NCBI RefSeq assembly: GCF_018350175.1
Contig: NC_058368.1
Span: forward strand, 143,346,001-143,410,000
Direction: 5' to 3'
Source of the DNA: Felis catus
Lineage: Eukaryota
DNA length: 64,000 bases
A program made the position numbers and the translations under genes. A model generated the notes under the pieces. The model saw only the letters and a program-made list of their open reading frames with translations, was not told the origin of the DNA and did not search any database. Of this stretch, positions 50,612 to 63,529 are shown piece by piece (position 1 is the stretch's first letter; each line of letters begins with the position of its first letter).

Positions 50612-50742
50612 GAGGTGCCTGGGTGGCTCAGCTGGTTGAGCCCGTGACTCTTGATTTCAGCTCAGGTCATGATCCCAGGGTCGTGGGATTGAGCCCCGGA
50701 TCAGGCTCCGCACTAAGTGTGGAACCTGCTTAAGATTCTCTC

Positions 50743-50797
<55 letters not shown>

Positions 50798-50955
50798 GTG
50801 GAACCTGCTTAAGATTCTCTCCTCTCCTCCCTCTTTCTCTCTCTCTCTCTCTGACTCTCTGACTCTCTGACTCTCTTACTCTCACTTGCTCTCTCTCCCT
50901 CTGCCCATCTTCCCCTCTCACACTCTCTCTTTCTAAAATAATAATAAAAGTAAAA
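50612..50955 (+). mobile_element. Can-SINE with an internal duplication and expanded (CT)n
   Basis: SINE head at ~50612; duplicated 33-mer; (CT)n at ~50747-50794. Confidence 0.9.
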
Positions 50956-51554
50956 GCGTAACTGTTATTTGGCAAATTTTGGCTACTTCTCACTAGAAGA
51001 AATTAGATTGAAATAAGTAGCCGTGTTGAAATTAGATTGAAATAAATAGCTGCATTTTTGGCAAACAGGAGTCTGCAAAGTGTATTGAGCAGTTCCAGTC
51101 ATGCCACAGTGAACTAGTGTTTGTAATTTTGTCCAGTTTATTCCACCTTTCTGGCCTTAATATTCTTATCTGTAACAGGGATAATTGGATTGGATGGACT
51201 TTTAGGTTTCATTTAACTTCTTAAAGGCTTATTTAATATCTTTTCTGCCATCAGTAGAGAAAGGAAATTTGTCTTTTGTATGTGGAAAGGTTGAAAAAGA
51301 TTAAAGTATTTCCTAGAATGAATTTCAATAGTTAGTAATTGACTACATATGCTTGAAAAGGTGACTGATGAAAGTGTGAAGGGAAAAAGCCGATGAGGAG
51401 ATTTTAATGGCCATCTAAGATTAATAATAATTAATAAAAAGGCAAAAGTATTACCTGGTTAGAAATAATAATTTGAATGAATATTCATAGAATGTTTACC
51501 ATGTTTTCAGGTACAAAACTGTTTCAGGCATTCTAAAATTGCTCTTGGATTTTT

Positions 51555-51740
51555 GGGACACCTGGGTGGCTCAGTTAGTTGAGTGTTTGACTTTTGATTT
51601 TGGCTCAGGTCATGATCCTGGGGTCATGGGATTGAGCTGCATGTCTAGCTGTGCGCTGAGAATGGAGCCTACTTGGGATTCTCTCTCCTCCCCTGTTCCT
51701 CTTCTTAGATGGCACGCGCTCTCTCTTTCAAAAACAAAAT
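51555..51740 (+). mobile_element. Older Can-SINE
   Basis: gggacacctgggtggctcagttagttgag... Confidence 0.85.
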
Positions 51741-52059
51741 TGTCCTTGAATTTTCAAAATTGTTGTTTATTGTTGAAGGTCTCTATTTTTCAGTTGAATT
51801 TTTGATGAATCAGAATGGAATGTTTCCACGTTTAAATTTGTGGAGGCCTGACCAGAAAGCTCTCATCTGAAATGTAGGCAAAGTAAAATCTTACAGAGTA
51901 GCTGTTCTGAAGGTGTTATCTATTGATCAGATACTGTAATAGTAAGGTGTTTTGTTTGTTTTTTTGTTTTGCTTTTGAGAGAGAAATTTAAAAGATTGAA
52001 GTCCAAAATTTTGAAGTAAAAATAGTTGTTACAGCTAGATCCTTCCTGAATGTATGTTG

Positions 52060-52265
52060 CTTTTTTCCCCCCAAATGTTTAGTTTTGAGAGAGAGAACGA
52101 GCGAGCGAGCAAGAGGGGAAGGGGTAGAGAGAGAGGGGACAGAGGATGTGAAGCAGGCTCTGCGCTGACAGCAGATAGCCCAATATGGGGCTTGAACTGA
52201 TGAACTGTGAGATCACGACCTGAGCGAAGTCAGATGCTTAACCAACTGAGCCACCCAGGTGCCCC
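52060..52265 (-). mobile_element. Can-SINE
   Basis: TSD TGAAT(G/A)TATGTTGCTTT. Confidence 0.9.
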
Positions 52266-52374
52266 TGAATATATGTTGCTTTGAGTAAAATAAACATTTG
52301 AAAAACTATTCAAGACTTTAACGTTACTATCAGGATAGGGTTAACTGCCACGGTACACCAATTGCTCTGCAATG

Positions 52375-52760
52375 TGTTGACCTTAAAAAACAAAAGAGCT
52401 AGGTTTTTGTTTGTTTGTTTGTTTTTTTACCAGTACAGTGAGTTTATTCTGGAATAGAGGAATCGCAATTCAGAACAAGCAAACTGTAGTGAACCAACTA
52501 TTGGCAAGTCCAGAGAATGGAGGTTGAGGGGCTTGCCTTTATGGAGGAAGGGGAGGAAGCTGGAAGGGGCTGTTTTGCTGAATTCTCATTGCCTGGGCTG
52601 TTGCTGAGCAAGGAAAAATTCTTTCTTCCTTCTACTAGAGTATGTAAAGGAAGCTTCTTCCTATTGGGGAATGCAAAGTATACTTCTTATGGAGAATGGG
52701 GGCAGTGTGTGAGAGCACCCCTTTCAGGGCTTCCTGACTCCACTTTCTTTTATTTATTTT
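52375..52760 (-). mobile_element. Possible solo LTR, family not identified
   Basis: GC-richer island with an antisense AATAAA (tttatt ~52443) and an LTR-like layout. Confidence 0.35.
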
Positions 52761-54470
52761 TACAAATGACTAGCTTTAAGGTTGTTAGACAAGGGATTTA
52801 CTGAGTGATATCCCTGCTCCCCAAAACTTTCAAATTGCTTAGTTCTCAGGGTGCTTTGTCTATTGAAAGACCCTAACCAGTGATTACTGTTTGTTTTTCT
52901 CTTCTAACATTCTGGTTATGATTCTAGAATGAAATAAATTTTTTTTTCTAAATGTTTATAACCTTTCTTCACTGTTTTTTAAATTATAATTTTAATTTAC
53001 TAGGGGTATTCAGTGAGAAGGGAATTCAGGTTTTTAATTAAGTAAACTAATTTCTAGTAAGATTTACCAATTTGACTTCTATATTACAGCAAAATTGTTA
53101 GAAAGTCATTAAAAACTATTACTTGAATATAAAGACGTTTAGAATTAAAGTAACTGGGGCTTGAGTTTATTTGTAGGATCTTCTAGAATTTTGAGCATTT
53201 GAATGCCTCTGGGAAAAAATATTTTTATTTCCTAAGAGTGATTCCAGTAAGTAATGAGTTTTTCCCCTCAGTCACACACTGTGAACATTCCAGACTATCA
53301 TGGAATTTTATTTTATTCTGATTTCAACTTGGGAAAGGAGCATGATACAGAAGAGATATTTAAATATTTTGTGATAGAAATTTATACATTTATAATCATA
53401 GTTGGAGATCACGTAAGTTGGTAATAATAGTTGATTATTTAGATATTAATGTATTCCAGAAGTCATATAAAAAGGTTTTTGCTAAACTGCAAATTAAAAA
53501 TAATGATTGTTACTGAGTTTACTTAATTATATATAATGTATTTCTAATTCTTAAATACACAGTTTGTTTTATGGTATTATATTTGGTCTTTAATATTAAA
53601 TCTTGAAAACACATTACTTGTATCTTATACTCAAGATATTGTATTTTGCAGTTTTTTTATTGTGAATATTAAGTACTTTGCTTTCCATGTTATTTCCTTT
53701 ATATTATAATGGTGTGAAATGACTGTTAATGCATTTAATGAGGTTGGATTTTGGTAAAGATATTGGAGAATGAAGAATGACAAAAAATAAAGTAACATAT
53801 AAAGATAATGATTCCTTTGTATGAAATTTTAATTTTTTATGGCAAAGTGGCATATTTATATTTATATTTTTAAACTTTATATTTCTGATTTATATTTCTA
53901 AACTTTGCTGAAGCCTCCTTTTTAAAAATTAGTGAAGTTGAAGATTTTTTTTTTTTTCAGTTTTTTTAGTAGATCGATCTCCTGAAACTATCTCAGTTTT
54001 GGTATTACTGTTTATTAGAACAAATTAAACATAAAGGGACAATTATGATATAGCTATTATTCTTTCATGATACAGTATCATTGGACTTAAAAAATTTTTT
54101 TTGATAGCTACATCCATCTTAACAATGTTCATTCAATATATATGTAGAACAATCCTTGTCTTGCTTATTTTGTGTGTGTGTCTGATGTTGGACCAAATGA
54201 TGTGTGTCCATTGATGACTTGTTTTTCTAAAAATGCAAGGAACATTTGTTTACCTAGAAATATACATAGTTTATTAACCTGAAGTTATCAACTTAGGTGT
54301 ATTTTGTATTTAAATTTCTAGGGATCAGAGTTAATTCACAAAATATATGGAAACTGTTGAATTCTAGCAGAAACCCTTATAGTCTCATACCTGGGGTGTA
54401 GCTGACAAATTATTGCTTTGTGAAATGAATTATGTGAATCACAGAAGCTTTAAACTTTTTTTTTTTATAG

Positions 54471-54514
54471 CCCTACCTGAACCCATCCTTCCATCCATCC
54501 AAAAAATTTACCCA
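54471..54514 (+). CDS. TENT2: TENT2 exon 11: (T)LPEPILPSIQKIYP
   Basis: Poly-T atag| ... CCA|gtaagt, 44 nt; restores phase 0 at 357 codons. Confidence 0.93.
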
Positions 54515-57500
54515 GTAAGTGTTTCTTATAAATTATTCTAATACATATTATGACAAATATATGTGGAACTATTATATGCAGTATTAATGTGAATGTAAAA
54601 GGTGTAATAGTTACCTTCTAAGTATATAATAACATTTTCTATATAGGCTGAGGCATTGGCCACTAGCACATTAAAAATATTCCGTATACTTTTTCAGAAG
54701 ACTGTCATATTTTATTTGGTTATTGGCAGTGTGGTCATTTTTCTTAATGGTGGAATTATTTGCATGATGCTCATGATTATCACTAAAAGGAATTAAATAT
54801 ATTCAATTGGTCAAGGCCTATTTAGACTCATTCCAGTTTTCTTCGTGCTATTTTAAAATAGTTTTATAGTATTTCTTTACTCAGAAGTCTTTTAGCCCAA
54901 TCTACGTATACTTTGAAAGCAGGGGAAAAATTAAGTTGAACAATTGGATAATCATTGTATCTTTCACTTGATTTTACCAACTAATACACCAAAAGGAGTA
55001 ACACTGATACTTACACTCCTTGAGTGCATAATATTAAGAATCCTTCTGAAGTTAATTGGAAACATGAAAGTGGTGAAGGGTGCCTACTAGAAAAAGTTTG
55101 GTATATACTCAGTTTGAATTTAGAGAAACCTAGGTAATGTACATAACTCACAATCTATATACTTTTGTTTCTTTTCCAGTTTTTTGTGTTCCTTTTTTCC
55201 AGAATTCTGTTTCCTTGTTTTATAGTCCTACCATTTCTGTTTTCCTCCATAATCATCCTTATTCCTGGTTGTATTTGGAAATAATATTTAAGCTATCTGT
55301 TTAGAATGTTTAATCAGCCTTCTGAAACCATGTAATTTTTACCTGTTTAGTTTTATGAAGTTACAAAAAGCTGTTTTCTAAAATTACTAAATAGGCAAAT
55401 TGAAAAAGATCTAGCTTGAGTGATCAGTTTTCAAAGGACTTGCTTATTTTATATGTATCATAGAAAATATAAGTCCTTGATATGGAATCTAAATTAAATA
55501 TAACTTAACCTTTGATAATTGAGAAGAACTGATGTTCTTGTTTTTGAACATGTTATTATCGTAATGCACACATGCAAGGTGCTGGATAATGAAAGGTTCA
55601 CTGTTACCGAGATTGCTGTGGTGAGGACTTCCCAGGTTGTGGTGGATCATCTGGTAAAGACACCGTTATCAGAATCATTTGGAATCTGGGTATCTTATCT
55701 TCCTCATTTTGAAAACTAATTTCTGGTATTATAAAGAGCTACTATAATGTGTTTCAATTATTGCTAGGGATCACTATGCTTTCATAAACATTGTGAAAAT
55801 GAAAGCATCAGAAAGTATAGAAATAAAAGTAACTTGAACTTTTGGGTCTTATCCTTGAATGGTTTTCTCCCTCCATAAAATATTGATTATTTAGCTTATG
55901 CTGAAAGGTCAGAAATAATGACTGGGTGTTTACTGTTTCATTTTATTGTCCCAGCTTTATTGTTAAGACCTAGGTTTCCGTGTAGAAAGAGCTGTGTATA
56001 TTTTTCAGCATACAAAGCATCTAATAGTTAAAACTTATCCTTTAAAGAATCTCTTACTGTGTGTGGAACAGATGCTTCTACACAAATCTCACTTAAACTC
56101 TGTAATGCATGAATTCGTTTTACTAAAATAAAATACTAATAAAGTCTCAGTTTAATGCTCTATGCTTGAGAACATAGCAGAGGTATTGGTTTTATTTTAG
56201 GATACCAAGGTTCTTACTAGTATATTCTAGTTTGAAGAACCTTATTTTTACTTGTTTCATTTTTCTAATTTTCTAGCTTCCTCCCCCCATGACAGAGTCC
56301 CATCTTCTCTTCACTTACACTGTCTCTCACCCTATACTCTACACTCCTGTTGTGCTAATAATCCTATTTCTATACCTGTAACAAGGAAATAGATTTAATA
56401 CTAGTTTAGTCCCAAAGCCTTAAAAAATGCTTGTAGCAAGACCTGCTAAATTTAAGAATGTCTTAATTTGCTTTCAGGTGTGGTTATATTACCATAAATA
56501 TTTGAAGAATACTATCTTTACTATAAGATTAATGCTTACATGGGTAAGGATATACTATCCACTCTTAACAGGGTTTTAAATTTTATCTGAAACCTGTAAG
56601 CTAATTGATCAGTAGAGTGCTTTTCTTGGTGGTCCATCCAATGGAACAAGCAAATCAGCTTATTTCTTACTACTGATAACTATTATTTATGTAGTATCTA
56701 TTTTATGTCAGCACTCTATAAATTTTATATACAGTGTCCTTAGTCCTCGACAGGTAAACTTATGTAGTATTTTCCTTGATTCACAGGTGAAGAAACTAAG
56801 TCTTAGGAAGATTATATTATTGATCCAAGTTGTATTACAGTCACAAATTATGGACCCAGAAACTGATTTTTTTTCTATTATACGGTGCTGAATGAGGAAA
56901 GGCAAAATGATAGTAGTGTTCACTAATATATTATTTCATCTAGTTTCTGTTGATTATTACATTTTATTTGTGTATATCTGATTGTCCCTATACAGATATA
57001 CCTTTCTTTAAGAAAAACATATATGACAAAATTTCAGGTTGAATAAGTAAGTTTGAGAATGACTTAAAACTTTATAGTAACAAAAAAAAACCACTTTATT
57101 TTACAAGGGAACAAGGTTCTTTTAAATTTTGAGCTTCTCTAATATAGTTAAGTAGAATTTAAAAATAGGATATAAATTTTGAAATAGAATAACATTTGTT
57201 CAGTATATTATGCTTTTTCTTAGTTATTTTCATATTTTCTCCTCAAATTTATGATAATTGTCTTAAAAATTGGTATGGTGTTTCAGTTCGGTTTGGATAC
57301 TAAATTATGAAAGGAAAGGATGAAAGACTGTGGCCATATCTTTACCTTCAAAAGCTATATAACATTATTATTACTACTTAATTCTTACTGACTTAAAAAA
57401 GGCAACATGAATAGTCAAATAGAAGACAGAATATTTACTATTGAGTTAAAGCAGTAAATTTGAGAATGTTTAAATGTATAAACTCGGGTTAAGCTTATGA

Positions 57501-57987
57501 AGGGATCTTTAGTTTAATGCAAGTATATTGTGAGATTTACCTAGATTTATGCTAGGTGGAGATTTATGAAGATAACTTATATTTGTTTCTTTCCCTAGTG
57601 GCATCTTCATATTCCAGGAAGCCATTTTTATAGTTATGAAGTTAGGAATTCTGAGAAGTAGAGTTCCCCTGTGTAGCTATGTATTGAAATATATTAAATT
57701 TTACATATATACATATGCATACATATGTTTACATATAGCAACTTTTTTTTCAGTTTTAAAGTGTGTACAGTATGATGAAGGATTTTAGTTATGTAAAACA
57801 GGTTATAAATGAATACCTTTGAAAAGACATATTTAAAAGTTTGGGGGGAAGTTTTTTTTAGTGATAAAAACATTCTTTTAAAGTTGATATTACTTAAATT
57901 TTAAGAGTTATAAGGAAGTTAATTTTGAAATAATACATTATTTCAGGAGGTAACTATACTGCATTATTGCATAAATTGGACAGTTAT

Positions 57988-58395
57988 GGGGTGCCTGGGT
58001 CGCTCAGTTGGTTAAGTGTCTTACTCTTGATTTCAGCTCAGGTCATGATCTCAGGGTCATGAGATCAAGCTCTGAGTCAGGCTTAGCACTGGGCATGGAG
58101 TCTGCTTAAGATTCTCTCTCTTCCTCACTCTCTCCCACTCCACCTTGTGCTCTAAAAAAAGATAATGTACAGGGGCACCTGGGTGGCTCAGTCGGTTAAG
58201 CATCCGACTTCAGCTCAGGTCACGATCTCGCGGTCTGCGAGTTCGAGCCCCGCGTCGGGCTCTGGGCTGATGGCTCAGAGTCTGGAGCCTGCTTCCGGTT
58301 CTGTGTCTCCCCCTCTCTCTGCCCCTTCCCCGTTCATGCTGTGTCTCTCTCTGTCTCAAAAATAAATAAACGTTAAAAAAAAAATTAAAAAAAAA
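57988..58395 (+). mobile_element. Older Can-SINE (57988-58160) with a young SINE (58172-~58390) inserted at its tail
   Basis: Duplication AAAAAAAGATAATGTACAG at 58154-58172, repeated to end at 58407. Confidence 0.92.
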
Positions 58396-59704
58396 GATAA
58401 TGTACAGTTATAATAATAATGATGCCAAGCTATATAGGCAATACTATACTATACTACATACTATACTAAATATACTAAATACTATATAGCTAATACTATT
58501 GCTGCCATGCTTTACATATATTATATCATTTAATCCTTATTACAGTTCTATGAGTACTGTTATTTTCCTTGTGTTATAGATGAAGAAGCTGAACCTTTGG
58601 AAAGCTAAGCAATTTAAGTTCATAGAGCTAAGAGAAGGTTTCAAAGCTAATTCTGACTCCAGAGCCCATGCTCTTAACCACTTGATTATAGTGCTTCTAC
58701 TTTATGATGCTTATGTTGCTTTCAAAATGTTAAACATTTTACTAAAAGCAAATATAATTTAAAGGAAATTTCATGATCAGTCTTTAACATGTATCACCGA
58801 ATTCGTGGTAATCTGCGTATAATTAAGAAAGGTTGGTGAGACTTTAATATATCATTTAGCTCTTTTTCTATTTAGGCAGAACTCTGTTTAAGTAGGCTAT
58901 ATCAGTTATCTTTTTCTTTGAGACCTTCCTCAACATTTATATATAGGGTCTAATAATTTATATTGTTAGAGTACTATGTAACTTAAATTTCTCTGTTTGC
59001 CTGGAGGTAAAAAATAGTCTTCTTTCAATTAAGGCATGTATCTTTTTAAAGAACAGTTAGCAAGTGAAAGTTTAGCCAGTCTATTTTATTCTAGAAAGTG
59101 CTTAATTGTCTAAATTTCAAACTTTGAAGGTAAGATATTATGGCACAGTCTCAGAAAATGATGGAATTTGGCAAAAGATGTTTTTGCCATTTTGGGGGGA
59201 AGCAGTTCTATGGGCAAAGAAAAGTTGAGACTTTTCAGATGTTTTTCAAAGGGTTGCCCATTTAAATTTTTCTTAAATTGGCATTGATTGAAAAGGAAAA
59301 AAAGGTACAGAAGGTACAGATCTTCAAAAATCTTTAAATATCAATTGGCAGATGTTTGCAGGAATTAAGTCATTACAGAATAAAGATGTCTTCCCTACAT
59401 TAAAAACAAACAGCAGGTATCGATAACCCACCTCACCTCCAAATGCGTTTAGAAAGATGTTACATTCTATCAGTTAAATTGTTTTTCCATGGATTTAGGA
59501 TGTAATTCCTTTGACTTTTCAGTTGTTCTTTATGTGTTTTCTAATATGTTAAAGTTCTGCCTACTCGTATCCAAGGTAGCATATATTATTTTTAAATACA
59601 TGTGCAATGGGGCAGCTCCCTTTAAAAAAAATTCTTTGGTGAAATTTTTCTTAAAGCAGAGAATCTTTCTGTAATGTGAATAATTACCAACAATGGGGAT
59701 TTCT

Positions 59705-61273
59705 TTTTTTTTTTTAATTTTTTTTTCAATATATGAAGTTTATTGTCAAATTGGTTTCCATACAACACCCAGTGCTCATCCCAAAAGGTGCCCTCCTCAA
59801 TACCCATCACCCACCCTCCCCTCCCTCCCACCCCCCCATCGACCCTCAGTTTGTTCTCAGTTTTAAGAGTCTCTTATGCTTTGGCTCTCTCCCACTCTAA
59901 CCTCCTTTTTTTCTTTTTTTTTTTTTTTTTTTTCCCCCTTCCTCTCCCCCATGGGTTTCTGTTAAGTTTCTCAGGATCCACATAAGAGTGAAAACATATG
60001 GTATCTGTCTTTCTCTGTATGGCTTATTTCACTTAGCATCACACTCTCCAGTTCCATCCATGTTGCTACAAAGGGCCATATTTCATTCTTTCTCATTGCC
60101 ATGTAGTACTCCATTGTGTATATAAACCACAATTTCTTTATCCATTCATCAGTTGATGGACATTTAGGCTCTTTCCATAATTTGGCTATTGTTGAGAGTG
60201 CTGCTATAAACATTGGGGTCCAAGTGCCCCTATGCATTAGTGCTCCTGTATCCCTTGGGTAAATTCCTAGCAGTGCTACTGCTGGGTCATAGGGTAGGTC
60301 TATTTTTAATTTTTTGAGGAACCTCCACACTGTTTTCCAGAGTGGCTGCCCCAGTTTGCATTCCCACCAACAGTGCAAGAGGGTTCCCGTTTCTCCACAT
60401 CCTCTCCAGCATCTATAGTCTCCTGATTTGTTCATTTTGGCCACTCTGACTGGCGTGACGTGGTATCTGAGTGTGGTTTTGATTTGTATTTCCCTGATGA
60501 GGAGCGACGTTGAGCATCTTTTCATGTGCCTGTTGGCCATCCGGATGTCTTCTTTAGAGAAGTGTCTATTCATGTTTTCTGCCCATTTCTTCACTGGGTT
60601 ATTTGTTTTTCGGGTGTGGAGTTTGGTGAGTTCTTTATAGATTTTGGATACTAGCCCTTTGTCCGATATGTCATTTGCAAATATCTTTTCCCATTCCGTT
60701 GGTTGCCTTTTAGTTTTGTTGGTTGTTTCCTTTGCTGTGCAGAAGCTTTTTATCTTCATAGGTCCCAATAGTTCATGTTTGCTTTTAATTCCCTTGCCTT
60801 TGGGGATGTGTCGAGTAAGAGATTGCTACGGCTGAGGTCAGAGAGGTCTTTTCCTGCTTTCTCTTCTAGGGTTTTGATGGTTTCCTGTCTCACATTCAGG
60901 TCCTTTATCCATTTTGAGTTTATTTTTGTGAGTGGTGTGAGAAAGTGGTCTAGTTTCAATCTTCTGCATGTTGTTGTCCAGTTCTCCCAGCACCATTTGT
61001 TAAAGAGACTGTCTTTTTTCCATTGTATGTTCTTTCCTGCTTTGTCAAAGATTAGTTGGCCATCTGTTTGTGGGTCTAGTTCTGGGGTTTCTATTCTATT
61101 CCATTGGTCTATGTGTCTGCTTTTGTGCCAATACCATGCTGTCTTGATGATTACAGCTTTGTAGGAGAGGCTAAAGTCTGGGATTGTGATGGCTCCTGCT
61201 TTGGTCGTCTTCTTCAAAATTACTTTGGCTATTCCGGGGCCTTTTGTGGTTCCATATGAATTTTAGGATTGCT
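59705..61273 (-). mobile_element. Young 5'-truncated feline L1 (~1.57 kb): ORF2 C-terminus, 3' UTR and poly(A)
   Basis: ORFs 60756..61217 and 59971..60768 encode the ORF2 C-terminus with the CCHC motif ([13 protein letters not shown]). AATAAA at 59744-59739; perfect 16-bp TSD AACAATGGGGATTTCT at 59689-59704 and 61274-61289. Confidence 0.97.
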
Positions 61274-62179
61274 AACAATGGGGATTTCTGATGGTTAAAT
61301 GGAATTTCTGTTTACTTATGGCATCTTTTAGACCCTTTCTTTTTTTTTTTTTTTTTTTTTTTAGTTTGGATTTCTCCTTCGGTTCTCCCCAAGTATATAT
61401 GCCATGGCCCTTTTTGTATGTGACCATGGAAAAGAATAACGGAGCTAAGAGGAGACTGGTCAAACTGTTAGTCAAGTCATTCAGCATTTGAGTAGAGTAG
61501 GTCTCACAACTCTTCATTGTTAATCTACAGTTACTGATCTTTTTATTTAAATTATTGAAAAAAAATAAAAATTTTAAGAGGTTCAAACAGTTTTAGAATT
61601 AAGGTAAGAAAATGACTTTTATTTCAGCATCAGTTCATAAATTGAATTCTTAGTGTGCTTTGCGCTAGAAATCAAAATTAGTAAAAAGCTTTCTGAGCAG
61701 AAGGTATTAACAGTGATCTACTTTTCTTCTCCTTGTCATTTGAACTTATGTTATATCTTTTTGTTTAATTAGCCAGAAAATAACATTTAAATTTTACAAG
61801 TTAAAATGCTGTCCTAAGTCCAGTTTTATACTTACCAGTACAAGACAGAGGGTGGTAGACACAGTACTCCTGCTGCCCCTCTGCTTTCACTCTTTCTTAG
61901 GAATTGAGGCTTCTCTTGTACTCCCCCTAGTTGGAGAGACAATGTAGATTTCTACCTTAGTCTCATAATGTAATACTAAATCTGAGAGAAGTGTAAGGGG
62001 AAGTTCCAGGTTTAGGAGTGTCAGCTTTACAAACTGTGGTTGGGGTAGAATGGTCTTCTGAGAGAAAGATAATCTATTACTTCTTGGTAGTTAAAAATTA
62101 TTGATAGAATTGTAGGACGGGGAGAGAATTTGTTATTTTCTTGCTCCTTTATTTTTACTGGGAGTTTTGAGGATTACCT

Positions 62180-62414
62180 TTATTTTTTAAATTTTTTAAA
62201 ATGTTTGTTTATTTTTGAGAGAGAGAGTGCGCACTCACGCTTGCAAGCAGGTGAAAGGAGAGGTGCAGAGACAGAGAGGGAGAGAGAGAATCCCAAGCAG
62301 GCTTCGCATTACCAGCACAGAGCCCAATGTGGGGCTTGAGCTCGTGAACTGTAAGATCATGATGTGAGCTGAAATTGAGTCAGGTGCTTAACTAACTGAG
62401 CCACCCGGGCACCC
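62180..62414 (-). mobile_element. Can-SINE
   Basis: TSD TGAGGA(TTA/CTG)CCTTTA. Confidence 0.88.
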
Positions 62415-63529
62415 TGAGGACTGCCTTTAAATAGATGCACTACCCTGTTTCTCTGTATCAGCCTAGTTTTTTGGGAGCCTTTTTTTTTTTTTTAATTTAA
62501 TGGAGTGACTTAGACATTACTAATTGAATTGATATCCATAAACCGAAGGTTGATTTGTTAGGTATTTGGGAACCTTAAGGATAAGCTGTTTTGCCTGAAC
62601 AAGTTGCTTAAAAAAAAATCTATTACTCTGATGGCAAAGAGGCATGTAGAAAACCCATCTTAAGGACAGTGTTCAAATTACCTTAAAGTTTTTTTTCTAA
62701 TACGTGGATATGTGTTACGTTAGAACCTCCCTAGTTCATTCAGTATGTTTTAGAGCCAGAATTTGTTACTAATAAAGATCATACATGAAAATGAATGGCA
62801 TACTATCAGCAAAAAGATAAGTACCCATTAGTATTCTTTCCAATAAGTGTGTTGTTTCAGCATGGATTACAAGCGAATGATACCCTCCTTTATGAATATT
62901 GTGGTAAAAGTTTGCTGAATATTGCTTGCTGGTTTGTTTCCTATCTTCTTTTCCCTGCCTTCTTTGTCTTTTGAAGTTTAATTCATGTTGAATTTCTGTC
63001 TTTCCTTCCCATTAAGATACAAAATACAAAAATGAAATAAAATTTTAAGAATCTTAAAATTGGTATAAGTACTATACATATATTAATTACTTTTATGGCC
63101 TCTAAGAGAAATTTTAAGTGGCAGTTAGAAAACGCTCTTACCTTGTGCTTGATTTAACCCTTTATAAAGTACAACTGCTCCTTGTAGAAGCAGTTAAGGA
63201 GATACGTTTATAAAGAAATCCAAATGTAATTTGATGAAATCTTAGTATGTACAGTAAGGGTTTATGAGTTAGAAAATGTTTTGCTATTGTAGGGATCCAC
63301 TTAAATGAGTGATATACCTCAGCCAAGGTTTAGAATCTCTTAGTTTTTTAAGTATTTTCTGGCATACTCCAAATACTGGTGAAATCCTTAGTGGGAGAAA
63401 AACTTCAGATTTCCAAACTGCCAACATAAAGATTTCTTCTCTCTTCTTCAGAGAGCATTACGTCAGGATTTGTAAAGTTTTTAGTGTGTTTTAAATGGCT
63501 TTATATTTCCCCCTTTTTCTTTTTGACAG

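Noticed and set aside
52517..52804. 95-aa ATG ORF in intron 10
   Set aside because: Lies in a probable LTR-like repeat; no recognisable domain and not part of the TENT2 frame.
13688..58390. tRNA-like A/B box sequences (GGCTCAGTCGGTTAAG, GTTCGAGCCC)
   Set aside because: These are heads of tRNA-derived SINEs with (CT)n and A tails, not tRNA genes.
59971..61217. 265-aa and 153-aa ORFs as a host gene or active retroelement
   Set aside because: They are the ORF2 C-terminus of a 5'-truncated L1 with no promoter, ORF1, endonuclease or RT core.
21640..61273. All large intronic L1s are antisense to TENT2
   Set aside because: Real, but this is the well-known genome-wide orientation bias.
2743..62339. 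Recurring ORFs with WVAQSVK..SAQVMIS..LTAQSLEPASDSVSPSLS or GRGRERGRHRI peptides
   Set aside because: These are translations of Can-SINE copies, not a gene family.
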